A stretch of DNA of 64,000 nt from Azolla caroliniana (GCA_043228905.1 JBHGNT010000018.1:15128001-15192000); one strand, 5' to 3'; positions 25,201 to 38,580 are shown, numbered from the stretch's first letter. Made by a program: numbers and translations. The notes: generated by a model from the sequence alone, not told the origin.

Positions 25201-27450
25201 GATGACTGGGCAGATATTCTCCACTTCGCCGAATTTGCCTATAACAACTCTATCCACGCATCCACTAAAGTTACACCATTTTATGCTTATACAGGATGTC
25301 ACCCCAGGTGGTGTGTACTTGAAACCCCAGAGGTGTCCACAAATCCTTGTGTAGAGGATCGTTTGGAGAGGTTACGCAAGATACAAGCGGATTTATCTAC
25401 TCATCTCCAACAAGCTCAACAAACACACAAGGTTTATGCGGATCGTCATCGACTCCCATCTAGTTTTAACATTGGAGATTGGGTATGGCTACTCTTACGA
25501 CACATCAAGACTACTCGCCCATGCGAGAAGTTGGATTATCGGCGATTAGGTCCTTTCCGTATTATAGGAAAGATTAATGATGTCGCTTTTCGTCTTGATC
25601 TATTAGGAAACAGGTCCCGCCAAATGGGAAACGAGAAGAACAGTACCGATGGGAAGCGAAACTGGATGAAGAGTACCTGGCAACGGAAGACTCGGTGAGA
25701 ACCGGATGAAGAGTACTCAACTACGGAAGACCCAGTGAGAACCGGATGAATAGTACCTGGCAAGAGCTGGATGGTGAAGGCCCGGTGAGAAGTGCTCACC
25801 GGATGAAGAGTACGCAATGGTGTGTACCCAACCGGATATAGGATACGCAGTCGGAGTGGTGAGCCGGTTTATGAGCAATCCCGGCAAGGAGCACTGGAAC
25901 GTTGTCAAATGGATACTCCGGTACTTGAAGGGCACTTCAAATATGTGTCTCCAATTCGGCTCCGAAAAACCTCAACTTGACGGTTTTACCGATTCCGACA
26001 TGTCCGCTGATGTGGATACCAGCCGGTCTACATCCAGGTATGTAATGACACATGCAGGGGGAGCTGTTTCGTGGCAGTCGAGGCTGCAAAAGACGGTTGC
26101 GTTGTCAACCACGGAGGCGGAGTGCATGGCGGTTGTGGAAGCCGGCAAGGAAATATTATGGATGAAGGACTTCATCGGAGAGCTCGATATCCGACAAGAT
26201 GAATAGCGGCTCTATTGCGACAGTCAAAGTGCCATCCACCTTGCTAAGAATGCGGCCTACCATTCCCGGACGAAGCATATCCAGCAAAGGTATCACTGGA
26301 TCCGAGAAAGAGTAGATGACCAGGAGTTCGCGCTGACGAAGATCCACACGGCCGAGAACAGGTCAGATATGCTGACCAAAGTACTGATACCAGACAAGCT
26401 AGATGCATGTTGGAAGCGGATCGGACTAGTAAGACATCCCATGCCGGAGTGAAGGGGGAGTTTGTTAGGAAACAGGTCCCTCCAGATGGGAAGCGAGAAG
26501 AACAGTACCGATGAGCAAACTCGGCCGAGGCTGAAACTGGATGAGAGTACCCGGCAAGAGCCGGATGGTGAAGACCCGGTGAGAACCGGATGAAGAGTAC
26601 CCAGCAAGAGCTGGATGGTGGAGGCCCGGTGAGAAGTGCTCACCGGATGAAGGGACATATTCGTAAATATGTTTCTGAGAGTTCATTGGGGCTATATTTG
26701 TAAATAACCGAAAAGTTATATTAGTATAAATATGACTTAGGGCAAACCTAGTATATGTTGTTGTTGTCATTCTTGTTGGCGTATGACTAGAGAGCGCGTA
26801 ACTGTGTACAGAGAGAGTGAGAGAGAGGAAGAGGTTGTTGCTTCGGTGCTTTACCATTTGTATATTCTGACATAGTGATAGTTTGCAGTTTGTGGGCTAC
26901 CGTGGTTTTTTCCCTAGTTTGGGTTTTCCACGTTAACATCCTGTGTTCTTTTGTCTTCTCTGTGTCGTGCATCCATTACCCGTTTTCTGTGTTTGATTCA
27001 TCCTGTGTTCTTTTGTCTTCTCTGTGTCGTGCATCCATTACCCGTTTTCTGTGTTTGATTCTAAGCTCGGTTGTGGCCGAGCGTTGTTCATAGGAGCGTG
27101 TAGTTCCTGTCATGATCTACCTCCACAACTTCGGATACATCTGGTGTTTCATAGTTCTCTCCTCGAACCCTATCAAGAGAGCACCATCCCAAGACGTATT
27201 ACACAGCCTCCACCCCCGATCGAGCTTGAAGATGGACTTGAGTACGAGGTTACCGCCATCCTTGATTCCTAGCTTGTTTGCAACAAGCTCTACTATCTAG
27301 TCGATTGGCTAGGATATAGTCCTAGCGAGCGTACTTGGGAACCGATAGAGAATGTCACCAATGCTCGTGCTCTTCTTGAAGACTTTCATCGTCAATATCG
27401 AGACAAACCGGGTCCTCAATCCAAAATGACTCGTTACACTCGTCATTTTA
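22248..27450 (+). pseudogene. T gag (truncated; most of protease deleted near 22750), RT, RNase H, integrase, chromodomain; interrupted by E2
   Basis: [61 protein letters not shown]. Confidence 0.92.
25601..27112 (+). mobile_element. E2: internally deleted copia (same LTR family as E1)
   Basis: TSD TGATC at 25596-25600 and 27113-27117; partial 5' LTR 25601 to about 25812 fused to RT end/RNase H (FTDSDM, STTEAE, TKHI); PPT GAAGGGGGAG; 3' LTR 26463-27112 with a 62-bp duplication at 26937-27060. Confidence 0.9.
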
Positions 27451-27899
27451 AAGGGGGGATAGTGTCATGATATGGCAAGACTCGAACCCATGACCCTATG
27501 CTACATGGGTCGAGCTCTTGACCATTACACTATACATTGTAATACATAAAATATTATTTTCATTTATGTTTTATTATAGAAAATTGATGTATATTCCAGA
27601 TTTCTCTAGAACATTCTAGAAACTTCAGGAGTATTCCTTAGAACACTATAATATGAGGCACAAGGCATTATTTCGAACCAAATCGGTTCAACGCCAGTCT
27701 TAAGCCTCCTAGCTATTGTACATTTTCTTCACATAATATATTTCTTTTCTTATCATCACTCACTCTCTCTCTCTCGATCTCTCTCTCCCTCCCTCTCACT
27801 CACTCTTTCCTTCTCTCGAGAGTTCTTCACCTCTCTTAGTACTAATACTTCTTTTAGTACTAATTCCTTCTCTGTCTTAGTACTGTTCCTGACATGTAC

Positions 27900-29056
27900 A
27901 AGTTCGGCATGACAGAATGCCAACCTGTCTCCACACTCTTGGACCGGAACCAGAAGCTCCGTCCCAACTCCGGACCGGCCTGCAACGAGAAACAGTTCCG
28001 ACAAATTGTCGGAAGCCTTATTTACCTGACTATCACACGCCCTGACATCAGCTATCCGGTCGGAATGATAAGTCAGTTCATGCAGAAGCCGACCGTGGAG
28101 CACCTTTAGTGCGCGCAGTAGATACTGTGATATGTAAGCAACACGAAGGACCGTGGAACACCTTCAGTGCCGTGAGGTATAACCGAAGAGCTCGTCGGTT
28201 ACACGGATGCCGACTGGGCCGGCGATGCATCAGATCGCCAATCAACCTCTGGTTACATGTTTTCCCTAGGTAGCGCGACTATTGCGTGGAGCAGCAAAAA
28301 GCAACCAATAGTTGCTTTGTCGACCATTAAGGCTGAGTATCGGGGCGCTACCATTGCCATTTGGCTTCGGCGACTACTGCAAGACTTACGGATCGAGGTA
28401 CCGACCATGAAGCACATAGAGGTGCATTATCACTTTGTGCGTGAGCGGGTCCTGAGCGGTGAAGTTGAACTACGGTATGTTCACACGGATCGGCAAGTTA
28501 CCGACATCGGGCCGACATCTTCACCAAGCCGCTCGGATCGGACTAGTTGTAGCACTTTACCGACATGCTTGGTGTTCAGCAACTCGGCGTGCCTCACTTG
28601 AGGGGGAGAACGGGCAGAGACACCGAAACGGGCAAAGGCAAAGAGACTGCCGATTGCGCTAATGAGGGAAGAACAGAAGGTGGCAGAGTCAAGAAGGACA
28701 GAGCCGACCGAAGGAAGAAGGCCAAGACCCGGACATGGTCCGATGTGGTAAAGGGCTTGGAACCAGAAGAAGAATCAGGAGCAACCGATTCGGACAAGAG
28801 CTGGAACGAATCGGAGACAGTCGATTCGGTTCAAAAGACAGATTTGGAAGAACCGGATCAATTCAAGACCAAGCAGACACCGATGCAGCGGAAGTGGATG
28901 CCATCGCGGAGAAACCGATGGATCGATAAGCGCCGAAGTCATAGCAGCGAAGGAGCTGAGAGGGGCCTATTGAGCAGACATACCAACCGAGAAGGTCGAG
29001 GCGCGCAAAACAAGAGGGGTCGTGGCAAACAGAACCAGATCGGACGAGGAGCGTGA
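27900..29056 (+). pseudogene. D RT end and RNase H (multiple deletions) plus a basic C-terminal extension
   Basis: [45 protein letters not shown] followed by about 150 Lys/Arg/Glu-rich codons. Confidence 0.82.
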
Positions 29057-29575
29057 GCAAGGCGAAGCGACACCAGGAGAGGTTGGTTGGAAGAACCGAC
29101 TGCCATAGAGACTGACACTAAGATCCAATCTCAAGCTGAGCTTGAGGGGGAGTGTTGAGCGACAAGCTCAACTGGAGCCGTATCGGTTGAATAAGCCTGA
29201 GCCGGCAAGCGAGACGGATTGGTAAGCTGTGAGCAATCGAGCCGGCAAGCAACAGAGCCAGTGAGCTGTGGAGCCGGTTAGCCGGATCCAATCAGTAACC
29301 GGAAGCCTAGTATTATTGTAGACTACTAGGAAATTATAGTCTCGTAGTAAGTGTCAGATGCTTGTGTGAGCATTGAAGTACGTGGTACTTCTGTCAGTCC
29401 CACTAGGACTTGTATAAATAATGCTACTTAGTAAGCATAGTTGTATGTACAGAGTGTTTTTATCGTTTTTGAATATAGCCTTGAAGCTCTACTCTCTCTG
29501 TCTCTCTCGTGTACTCTGTGTATTCCCTACCTTCTCTGTTTTCTAACGCTTTCGCAAGTAATCGTTTACAGGTTC

Positions 29576-31040
29576 CGACAAGCCCTCCAATGCATAGCCT
29601 GCTTGGGCTCGGGCCATATGGCTCTCGGTTGCCCTCACCGGCCACAATGTCCAATATGTCAATCACGATCTCACATGATCGAACAATGTGAATACAACAT
29701 GCTCAATCGCGCAACGACGATTCCGGTTCGCCAGATCAAGCCTCAAAATACATACTCACTGTAGGATGAACGTCAGTCCTACCGACATTGGGCGACCACG
29801 ATCCCCGGATCGTCAGCGCCGCGACGACGACCCCTACCGCCACAACAACCGTAGTAGATCGGACGATTGCCGTGACCAATACCACGATGACCAATATAGA
29901 GCAAACGACAAGTATGACCGGTACGACGACGACCGGGATGACTGGTACGATCAACAGTATTCACGAAATGATAGAAGAAACTCTTACAGAGGTTCGCGGA
30001 ACAATCGATGGCATAACGACTATCGTCGTCGAGACCCTCAAAACGTACCGCGCAACTCTCTTCCCCATAACGCACCACGGGCCAACACGCCTACACAAGA
30101 GGCTGGAAACCGCTCAGACCCTCTGCCACACATTGATCACGGTGACACCAACAACTCGGCATCGGTTACCTATTGTAAGTGTAACCAACCTGGCCACTAC
30201 GCCACCCAATGCCCAACCACGGTCCGCGGCAAGGCCATGGCCGTGAATAGTATTATGGCAGACGTTCAACACATCACTACACGCAGCAAAACCCAGGCTA
30301 CCCAATGGCAAGTACAAGATGAAGTCCGACAAGCAGCCATGGATTGACACCGCCAACAAAAGCAACATTGAGCGGATGCACACAGAGATGCATGACGTGA
30401 CCATCGGAGCACCACAGTCCATAGGACCATCCACCTCAACAGAGGATGACCATCTGTGGGACGCCCTTACCAGTTCTTGGATCTCGCTGCCATTGCATAA
30501 GCTTTTACCGCTCATGCCGCGCTTTCGGGATACCTTGGCTACGCTCACGACTAACACCAAATCGGTTGCACCCCCTGTTAACCTGACAGAGCTAGGGACG
30601 GGCCCACCCATCATGGATTCTCAGAATCCAGCCGTGAAAATCATGATTAAGGGACGCGACCTTCATGGATGCATAATCAACGGTGGCTCCGGCGTGAACG
30701 TCATCAGCGAGGCCACATGTCACACACTCGGTCTAAACCAATGGGAACCTTGCCCCTTTTGGCTTCGGATGGCCGATACGTGATCGGTTTGCCCCATAGG
30801 GTTAATCCGCCACCTCGACTTCACGTTAGGAGGCCAAATGTTCACTATCTCGGCAGTCGTGTTATGCCTCGAAGCCCTGGGCGCCTACCTAATGCTGCTT
30901 GGACAACCCTGGCTACGCACAACAAATATTAAGCAACATTGGCAACGAAATATGATCTCTTTCTGCCGGGGGAAGACCAAGGTACGGATAATAACAGAAG
31001 AACGCTTAACCACGCCCCACAACACCACACCCTTATACGT
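29576..31040 (+). pseudogene. C gag C-terminus (zinc knuckles) and protease
   Basis: CIACLGSGHMALGC, CPICQSRSHMIEQC, CKCNQPGHYATQC, IINGGSGVNVI, LLGQPWL. Confidence 0.85.
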
Positions 31041-31840
31041 TGTCGCGGAAATACGATGAGGATACGTGAACTTTGAGGCAGGACCCCGGGGCCTCCGACC
31101 GGAAGATATCAGATTCGTATGATTATATTAAACAATTAATACAAAATGATAAAGATTCACAAATTTCATTAACAAAGGGAAAGAAAGATTACAATTAATC
31201 CCAAGATTGGGATTACAAAAAATTTGCTAATGGAGATGGAGATGAATAGAGTAATAGATTAGAAGAAATGAAATATGGATTTAATTAGAATATTAGGGTT
31301 TTTTAGCTTCAATTCGAAAATTAGGGTTTTTGAGTTATATGGCTTTGATTAGGAAATTAGGGTTTATGACTTCCGTAAGGAAATTTAGGGTTCTTGGCTT
31401 TGATAAGATAAGAGAGCTCCGAAAGAAAAGGAAAAAAATTAAGATAATATGGAGAGTGAGTCCAAGTATAAGAAAAAAATGGAATATATATGGTATTCCC
31501 CATTGATCATATGCATGTCTACTTTTTGTTGCATGGCCTCTACTTTTAGTTGTTTAGCTTCTTCTTTTAGTTGCATGGCTTTTTCTTTTAGTTGCATGTG
31601 ACCGTCCACATGACCTTTACTTTTTGCATGCACTCCAACTTTAGTTGCTTGCGTCCACATGCCCTTTACTTTAGTTCTCTTCACTTTACTTAAGTTTGTT
31701 GCATGATCAATCTTCCGTCTGTCCGCGTCCAACCTCGTTCGGTAGCCGGTTCCGCCCGATCGCCGAATCCCTTGCCGGCCGGTTCCATTTTGCTTGCCGG
31801 TTGCGGTTGCGGTTTTCTTGCCGGTTCCGGTTCCGGTTGC

Positions 31841-34770
31841 TATGAGTAGTCCTGTCAGCCCATAGTGCAAATGGCAATAGACGCAGCCATTCTCCTATTT
31901 TCCCATGGCAAGCTTTCACTAGAGCCTTCACAATCGGTCCATGTCCACGTTCCACCTTCCCATTTGCTTCCGGATTATACGCCATGGTAAGAGATAATTT
32001 GATTCCCATCCTCGAGAAGAATTCTCTAGCTTCATTGGCGTCCAACTCGCCTCTATCAGCCACTATCTTGCCGACGCATCCATATCTGCAAATAACATCT
32101 TTAAGAAGGAATCGGCATACCGATTATGTCTCCTTAGTTCTTAATGCTCGCTCTTCAACTTGATTGGTAAGATCCTGTCCCGCGAGCACAAGATACTTCA
32201 TCTGCCATCGCCCCATTGGCATCATCACGATGTCCACCATCCACTTGTAATGCATAGCCAATGGGTAAGTCGGATGAAGTCCATCTCGATGGCGAATATT
32301 CGAAAACATTTGACATTCCTTACATGTTTCCACATAAGCTACTACATCTTTGTAGATGCCCGGCCACCAATATTTCTCCTTAAGCTTCGCAAACGTAGCC
32401 CATATTCCTCGATGGCCTGCAAAAACACTATCATGAAATTTGGACATTAGTTTTTGTTGGTCTTCTAGCTTGCAGACAACTCTCATCGGAGTCCCATTCT
32501 TCTTTTTTGCATGCCTCCAAAGAGCTCCATCCTTAAGGAAATACTTGTATGCCTTCTTCCGAATTCGATGGAAGTCTTCCGTCGACCACGATTCATCTTT
32601 TTGGAGAGAACTCAAGTATTTCCCGATATCCACAAATTCGCCTTCGTAGTTCTCTTCTATGAAAGTAGTCAACACCCGAGCGTAGGAACTTGCAAAGAAA
32701 TCCAAGCAACATCATCTTCATCAGAATGTCGATCTTCTTCTCCGTCGTATCTCGCTCGTGATAGCATGTCTGCAACGACATTACGCTTCCCAGCTACATG
32801 ACGGATCTCCGGGTTGAGTGATTTGATATATGCAATCCAACGCAACATGGCAATATCCGGTGTATTACAACCAGATATCATACCCAAAATTGGTAGGCAA
32901 TCTGTCTCAATTATGACTTCTTCTCCAATAAGGTAATCACGATCAGATTTGATTGCCGAGACGATTCCCCATAGCTCCCTCTTCACTTGGGCATACCTTC
33001 TTTGCCTGTCACTTAACACTTTCGCACCAAACCGAATTGCATATCGGTTGCAATCTTCATCTTCTTGGTTGATAACCCATCCAATTCCGATTGGACTAGT
33101 ATCCATAGTCACGAAAATGGGCTTGCCGTATGAATAGTCCACTTTCCGTAATGCAGGTGCCTCCATCAATAATTTCTTCAACCTTCGGATTGCGATTGTA
33201 TGCTCGCTCGTCCATTCGAACATCCGCTTCTTCTTTAGTAGACCATATAATGGCTCAACAATGTGGGCATAGTGTGGAATCCAAATATGATAAAACGCGC
33301 ATGCTCCAAGGAACCTTCGAACCTCCGTTTGGGTTACACATTCTTCTTTCATGTCTTGGATTGCATTCACCTTGGATGGCGAAGACTTCCGACCGTATGC
33401 TCCACACAAGTGACCTACCACCAGGATCTCCGGTTGCCTGAATGCGGATTTTTCTCCCGAAAATGTCAAATTCGCATCTTCGAGCCTTTGGAGCACCTTC
33501 TCGCAATCTTTCATATGATCCATGATGAACTTTCTACATCCATCCTTATCTTTTGATTCATCCTTCTCTTCATCCGAACATCCTTTTATCGGAATATCAT
33601 CTAAGAATGACATCGTGATATCCGGGATGCAATCCTTCAAGACCTTGTTCATGGCATTCACCATATGAGCCACCGAGTTCGTTGCGCCTTGAGGTAAGGT
33701 ACACATCCGCACCAACCCGATTGGAGTTCTCATGGTTGTAATGTCACGACTGTCGACCGCCAACTGGAATTGATCGTAGCCAGAGTAGAGATCGCCGATG
33801 GAGTAGATGGACCGGCCCGCAAACGCCTCGGCAAATTCAGCCACACTCGGACCGATTCCAGCATTCCGAATTGTCACCTTGTTGACGGGTTGAAGATCTT
33901 GAATGAATCGCAACGATCCATTCTTCTTTGGCACCGTGAACCACCTATTAGAATAAGGAGCGTTCGACGGTTCTAGAATTCCCATCCTCACCTTCTCCTT
34001 TAAGAGCTCGATCAACTTCGGTAAGTGTGCTCTCGGAACCGGTATCAGTTTCAAATTCCAAGGCACATGCGGCACCGTGAAGATCACCATCGGTTCTACC
34101 GTCCTTGGATTAGCACACCCGATTTCTTGTGGGAAAAACGCGAAAGCCTTCCCATGTCTTTCAAGCATTCCACGAAACATCTGCTCCTCTTTAGGGAGGA
34201 GGAAATCCTCCCTTCCAACTCGTAGCTTTCCCTTCGTCTCTTCAGTGAAGATGTGACCAATTGTATTTGGGTTCCTTAAGCTTGGATCTTCTGCAACTTC
34301 CTTCATCTTTTGCCAGCTATCTTCTGATAGCGGAACTGCAACTGGCTTGATCTTCCTATCCATGGTTTTATATTTTGTGTTGACTTCGGCTTCCTCTATC
34401 AAGATGCCTCGATGATATTCATAGATGATAGTATACATGTTGACGGAGTTAACCGAAATCACATGTTGATGGTGAGGATAGCTCAAGTCCACGACTTCCT
34501 CGATTTTGCCGATGGTGTCGTTCAATGAGGCTTCCTCCAGAATATATGACACGAATTCTTCTTCTTTGATTATGCTTTCTTCTTTCAACGCCTCCTCGAA
34601 GTCTTGTATCTAACACTTTTCCTTCTTGTTGAGTAGTCTAAGTTTGCATGCGCCGCTAGGTGTGACGCATGTTGCTTCTCCTTGCAATCCACGCACTCTG
34701 CTTCCTTATGGGGACTTATGATTGCTCGGACTATTTGTGCCCCATGCTTCAATAGTCCACTTTAAAAATC
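31841..34770 (-). pseudogene. F pol: RT, RNase H, integrase
   Basis: 639-aa ORF 32669-34588 with FIQDLQPVN, LPQGATNSV, FLDDIPIKG, DTSPIGIG; integrase fragments HDSVFAGH, ADRGE, YNPEANG. Confidence 0.92.
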
Positions 34771-36947
34771 CGAGGATTCGCCTCCAAGGCTATCTCGATT
34801 CCTTTCATGATTAGCTCGCACCATCAGGAATTGAACGGATCTTTTACTATCAAGACTCTTGACGCGCGCGAAGGCTGCTCCATTATCGAACACCTTGGTC
34901 TCCATCCGGGATGATGTTATATATGGTTGTCCTAGGATGACGGGATGTGAAGCCGAGTCTTGCACGAAGAAGTGTTGATCAATCTCTACATCCCCGATCG
35001 TGACTTTAACATTGGGGCAAGCTCTGTACAAGTCCTCCGTAGCCTTCGTCGCCGCTCAAATCTTCCATCCGTGGTTTGTATTAATCGGCCATCTTCCTTT
35101 CTTGTAGAACTCGGTCGACATGAGGTTGATCTCTGAGCCATGGTCAATCAAAGCAACCACGGTCTCTTTCTTCTCCTCGATCTTCACCGGCGTCTCCGTT
35201 GTCGCTCTTGCCCAATGAGGCCGCGAGTAATGGCTATCCGCCACCACTTCTTCTTCCTCCTCCTCTTCCGATCTTGCCATGGTTATGGCACTTGTTTTCA
35301 CCTCCTCTTCATCAGATTGTTGCCGCTTCCTTTTAATAAGGTCCACGATAGTATCATGGAACTCCTTCGCGATCCCAAGTAGCTCTCTCAAGGTAAGGTC
35401 GACATGACTATCTAAAACCTTCTCCTCAAGGACCTTCCGCAAGTTAGTTGTTTGTTCTATGTCCGACCTTAGCTTGTAAGTCGGTGCCGCTCGTTCTTTT
35501 CCTTTCTTCATTGATTCTTCGACTTCCATCCGAGCAGGTTGGCTCGATCCACTGGGCTTCATGTTTGTTTCACCAATCTCTTTTCTTGGGATAGGTTGGG
35601 GTGGCCCTTCTTTCCCTCCGTTCCTCGTGTTAGGTCGCTTTGATGTGCCATCTTCTTCACCGGTTCTCTTCCTCTTCTCTTCGACAAGGGCTTCATAGGT
35701 GTCACACACAACCTCCGCAGAGCTTGTGTTTTCGTCGATTGGATCTAACCATCCGGTAGCTCGTCGCACGTTTCGGTCAGCAAGTTTTAGATCCTCCGAA
35801 TTGATTTTGCCTTTTTCTTCGCACTCGAAGACCGTTGGCCAAAACCCAGCTCCTGGCTTGATCATTTTAAGATTCTCTTTTCCAACTCGTATCCTAGCCG
35901 AAGCGGCATAGTGCATAGCCTCCACATGCCTTGCATCTTCTTCTTCTACAATCTTTTTCAGCCCACCTCTTCCGAAGTTCACTTGTAGTGGCTTCTGGGT
36001 CTCGCTCGAGTGAATCATGTTGCCGTCCAAATAGACGACATTCTTGTGGATCACATCTTGCAAGTCAGCACATTCCCTTCGTGAGTGTTCAAAGCTATCG
36101 CACCACACACATCTATACGCTTCTTTTCCCTTGGGCCCGCGTCGACCTAAGTTGGCTAGCGATACCGCTTCAAACTTCTTGGAGAGCTCTTCGATTATAG
36201 ACTCCTCCATTGCTTTCTTATCAAAATTGTTGAACGGCTTGTTAGACTCGATCATAAGAGGTGCCTTCCTCCTCCACGATTGTGGATTCTCCATATCAGT
36301 TTCCTCTTGCCGTTGTCGACGCTTATCAAGATGGCTACAAGCCTTCTTCACTGCCGCCCAGTCCGCTACCAAGCCACTTGGTTGTGTTTCATCCTACAAA
36401 AAGTTACCCAATTCATGCCGATCTTTCGCATCCACTGCCTTCAGGAATAGTAGGACTTTATCTCCATCAAGAACTTGTTGATCAACACTCGGAAGTCGGT
36501 TATACTTCTGGTCGAATTTCAATCGGCATATACTCCAGATGCACACATATTCTTTCCTTTATTCTCAATCCAAGACATTAGCGTATGTTGAGTCATCCGT
36601 GATGCGTCTTCAAGCATGTATTCAGTGAGAAGTGCCTTTTCGAACTCCACCCAAGTTGCATGCTCGTTTTGAATCTCCATGACAAGCTCGCGGATCCCTG
36701 GTTCCACCACACGTTTGAAGCCAGAAATTTGTTTGAGATCATTGACATCCCTTTGTTGCATCTCGTTCCGATAGGTAGCAAGAAAATCTGTGATGTTCTT
36801 GCCACCAAATCGTCCAGCTATCTCAATCGTACGATCAACAGCTTTGTCGATTAGAGCTTCTCGATCTCTCACCTTCAGCATGTATTCCACTACAGACACC
36901 ATGCCTTTCGTTAATTCCTCTCCTTGAGTTCCACTTGTGGAAGCCAT
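34762..36947 (-). pseudogene. F gag-protease
   Basis: FGGKNITDFLATY, CVWCDSFEHSRREC, ALIDHGSEINLM, VILGQPY. Confidence 0.88.
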
Positions 36948-37000
36948 CGTTGCACTTGATATCCTCCCTACCGCCTCTTTCACGTCGGGTTCACCAAAGA

Positions 37001-38576
37001 TGTCGCGGAAATACAACGAGGATACGTGAACTTTGAGTCAGGACCCCGGGGCCTCCGACCGGAAGAGATATCAGATTCGTATGATTATATTAAACAATTA
37101 ATACAAAATGATAAAGATTCACAACTTTCATTAATAAAGGGAAAGAAAGATTACAATTAATCCCAAGATTGGGATTACGAAAAATTTGCTAATGGAGATG
37201 ACTAGAGTAATAGATTAAAAGAAATGAAATATGGATTTAATTAGAATATTAGGGTTTTTTAGCTTCAATTCGAAAATTAGGGTTTTTGAGTTATATGGCT
37301 TTGATTAGGAAATTAGGGTTTATGACTTCCGTAAGGAAATTTAGGGTTCTTGGCTTTGATAAGATAAGAGAACTCCGAAAGAAAAGGAAAAAAATTAAGA
37401 TAATATGGAGAGTGAGTCCAAGTATAGGAAAAAAATGGAATATATATGGTATTCCCCGTTGATCATATGCATGTCTACTTTTTGTTGCATGGCCTCTACT
37501 TTTAGTTGCTTAGCTTCTTCTTTTAGTTGCATGGCTTTTTCTTTTAGTTGCATGCGACCGTCCACATGACCTTTACTTTTTGCATGCACTCCAACTTTAG
37601 TTGCTTGCGTCCACATGCCCTTTACTTTAGTTCTCTTCACTTTACTTTAGTTTGTTGCATGATCAATCTTCCGTCCGTCCGCGTCCAACCTCGTCTGGTA
37701 GCCGGTTCCGCCCGATCGCCGAATCCCTCACCGGTCGGTTCCATTTTGCTTGCCGGTTGCGGTTCCGGTTTTGCTTGCCGGCCAATTCTGGTTTTACTTG
37801 CCGCCCAATTCTGGTTCCGGTTCCGGTTTGCTTGCCGGTTCCGGTTCCGGTTTTGCTTACCGGCCGGTTCCGGTTCCGGTTTGCTTGTCGGTTCTGGTTC
37901 CGGTTTTGCTTGCAGGCCAGTTCCGATTCTGGTTTTGCTTGCCGGCCATTTCCCATTCCAGTTCCGGTTTGCTTGCCAGTTCCGGTTCCGATTTTGCTTG
38001 CCGGCTGGTTCCGGTGCCAGTTTGCTTGCTAGTTCCGATTCCAGTTTGCTTGCCAATTCTGGTTCCAGTTTTGCTTACCGGCCAGTTTCCGGTTTGCATA
38101 CCGGGTTCCGATTCCAGTTTGCTTGCCGGTTCCGTTTCCGGTTTTGCTTACCGGCCGGTTTCCGGTTTGCATACCGGCCGGTTTCCAAATTTGCTTACCG
38201 GACCAGTTTCCGGATTTGCTTACCGACCAGTTTCCAAATTTGTTTACCAACCAGTTTCCGGTTTTAGGGAATTTGGGCACCATCATCCATTAAGACAAAG
38301 TGGCCAAAGTGCTCTTAGCACAAATGAAAAATGAGGGAGCTCAAGGTGCTTATATAACCAGGGCCTTAACTTTCCTATCTATGTGGGATAGTTTTAATTT
38401 CCCTATCTTCTCAAACTATATTTTCACATAACTTGATATGTATTTCTCCATTTTGTATATAGTAAAAACGTTTTGAAGCTCTTGAGTATATCCATCTTTC
38501 TATAGTAAGCTACTAATCTAATCTATAATAATTATTTCATTATTTTTTTACATAGTGTGTGAAGATTCACACGACA
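37001..38576 (-). repeat. 5' LTR of F (1576 bp) with telobox cluster and minisatellite
   Basis: Four TTAGGGTT motifs at about 37249-37350; TTGCTTGCCGG/TTCCGG array at about 37740-38265; minus-strand TATATAA near 38350. Confidence 0.9.
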
Positions 38577-38580
38577 ACGC

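Larger units (their letters stand above)
21737..27894 (+). mobile_element. T: Ty3/gypsy chromovirus (Tcn1-like), self-priming type
   Basis: LTRs 21737-22172 and 27463-27894; TSD TGTAC; PPT AAGGGGGGATAG; chromodomain YEVTAILDS..YYLVDWLGY..TWEP at about 27240-27400. Confidence 0.93.
16890..29570 (+). mobile_element. Ty1/copia LTR retrotransposon D, related to A, interrupted by E1 and T
   Basis: LTRs 16890-17303 and 29153-29570; TSD GGTTT/GGTTC; PBS TGGTATCAAAGC 17304-17315; PPT GAGGGGGAG 29144-29152. Confidence 0.95.
31041..38576 (-). mobile_element. Ty3/gypsy F, same lineage as B (tRNA-Trp PBS, 4-bp TSD)
   Basis: 5' LTR 37001-38576; 3' LTR 31041 to about 31840, truncated by a deletion that also removes the PPT and integrase end; TSD ACGT/ACGC; PBS 36979-36996. 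Confidence 0.93.

Noticed and set aside
37548-38334. Several 100-240 aa ORFs with RFRF/GSGSG repeats
   Set aside because: By-products of the stop-poor minisatellite in the F LTR.
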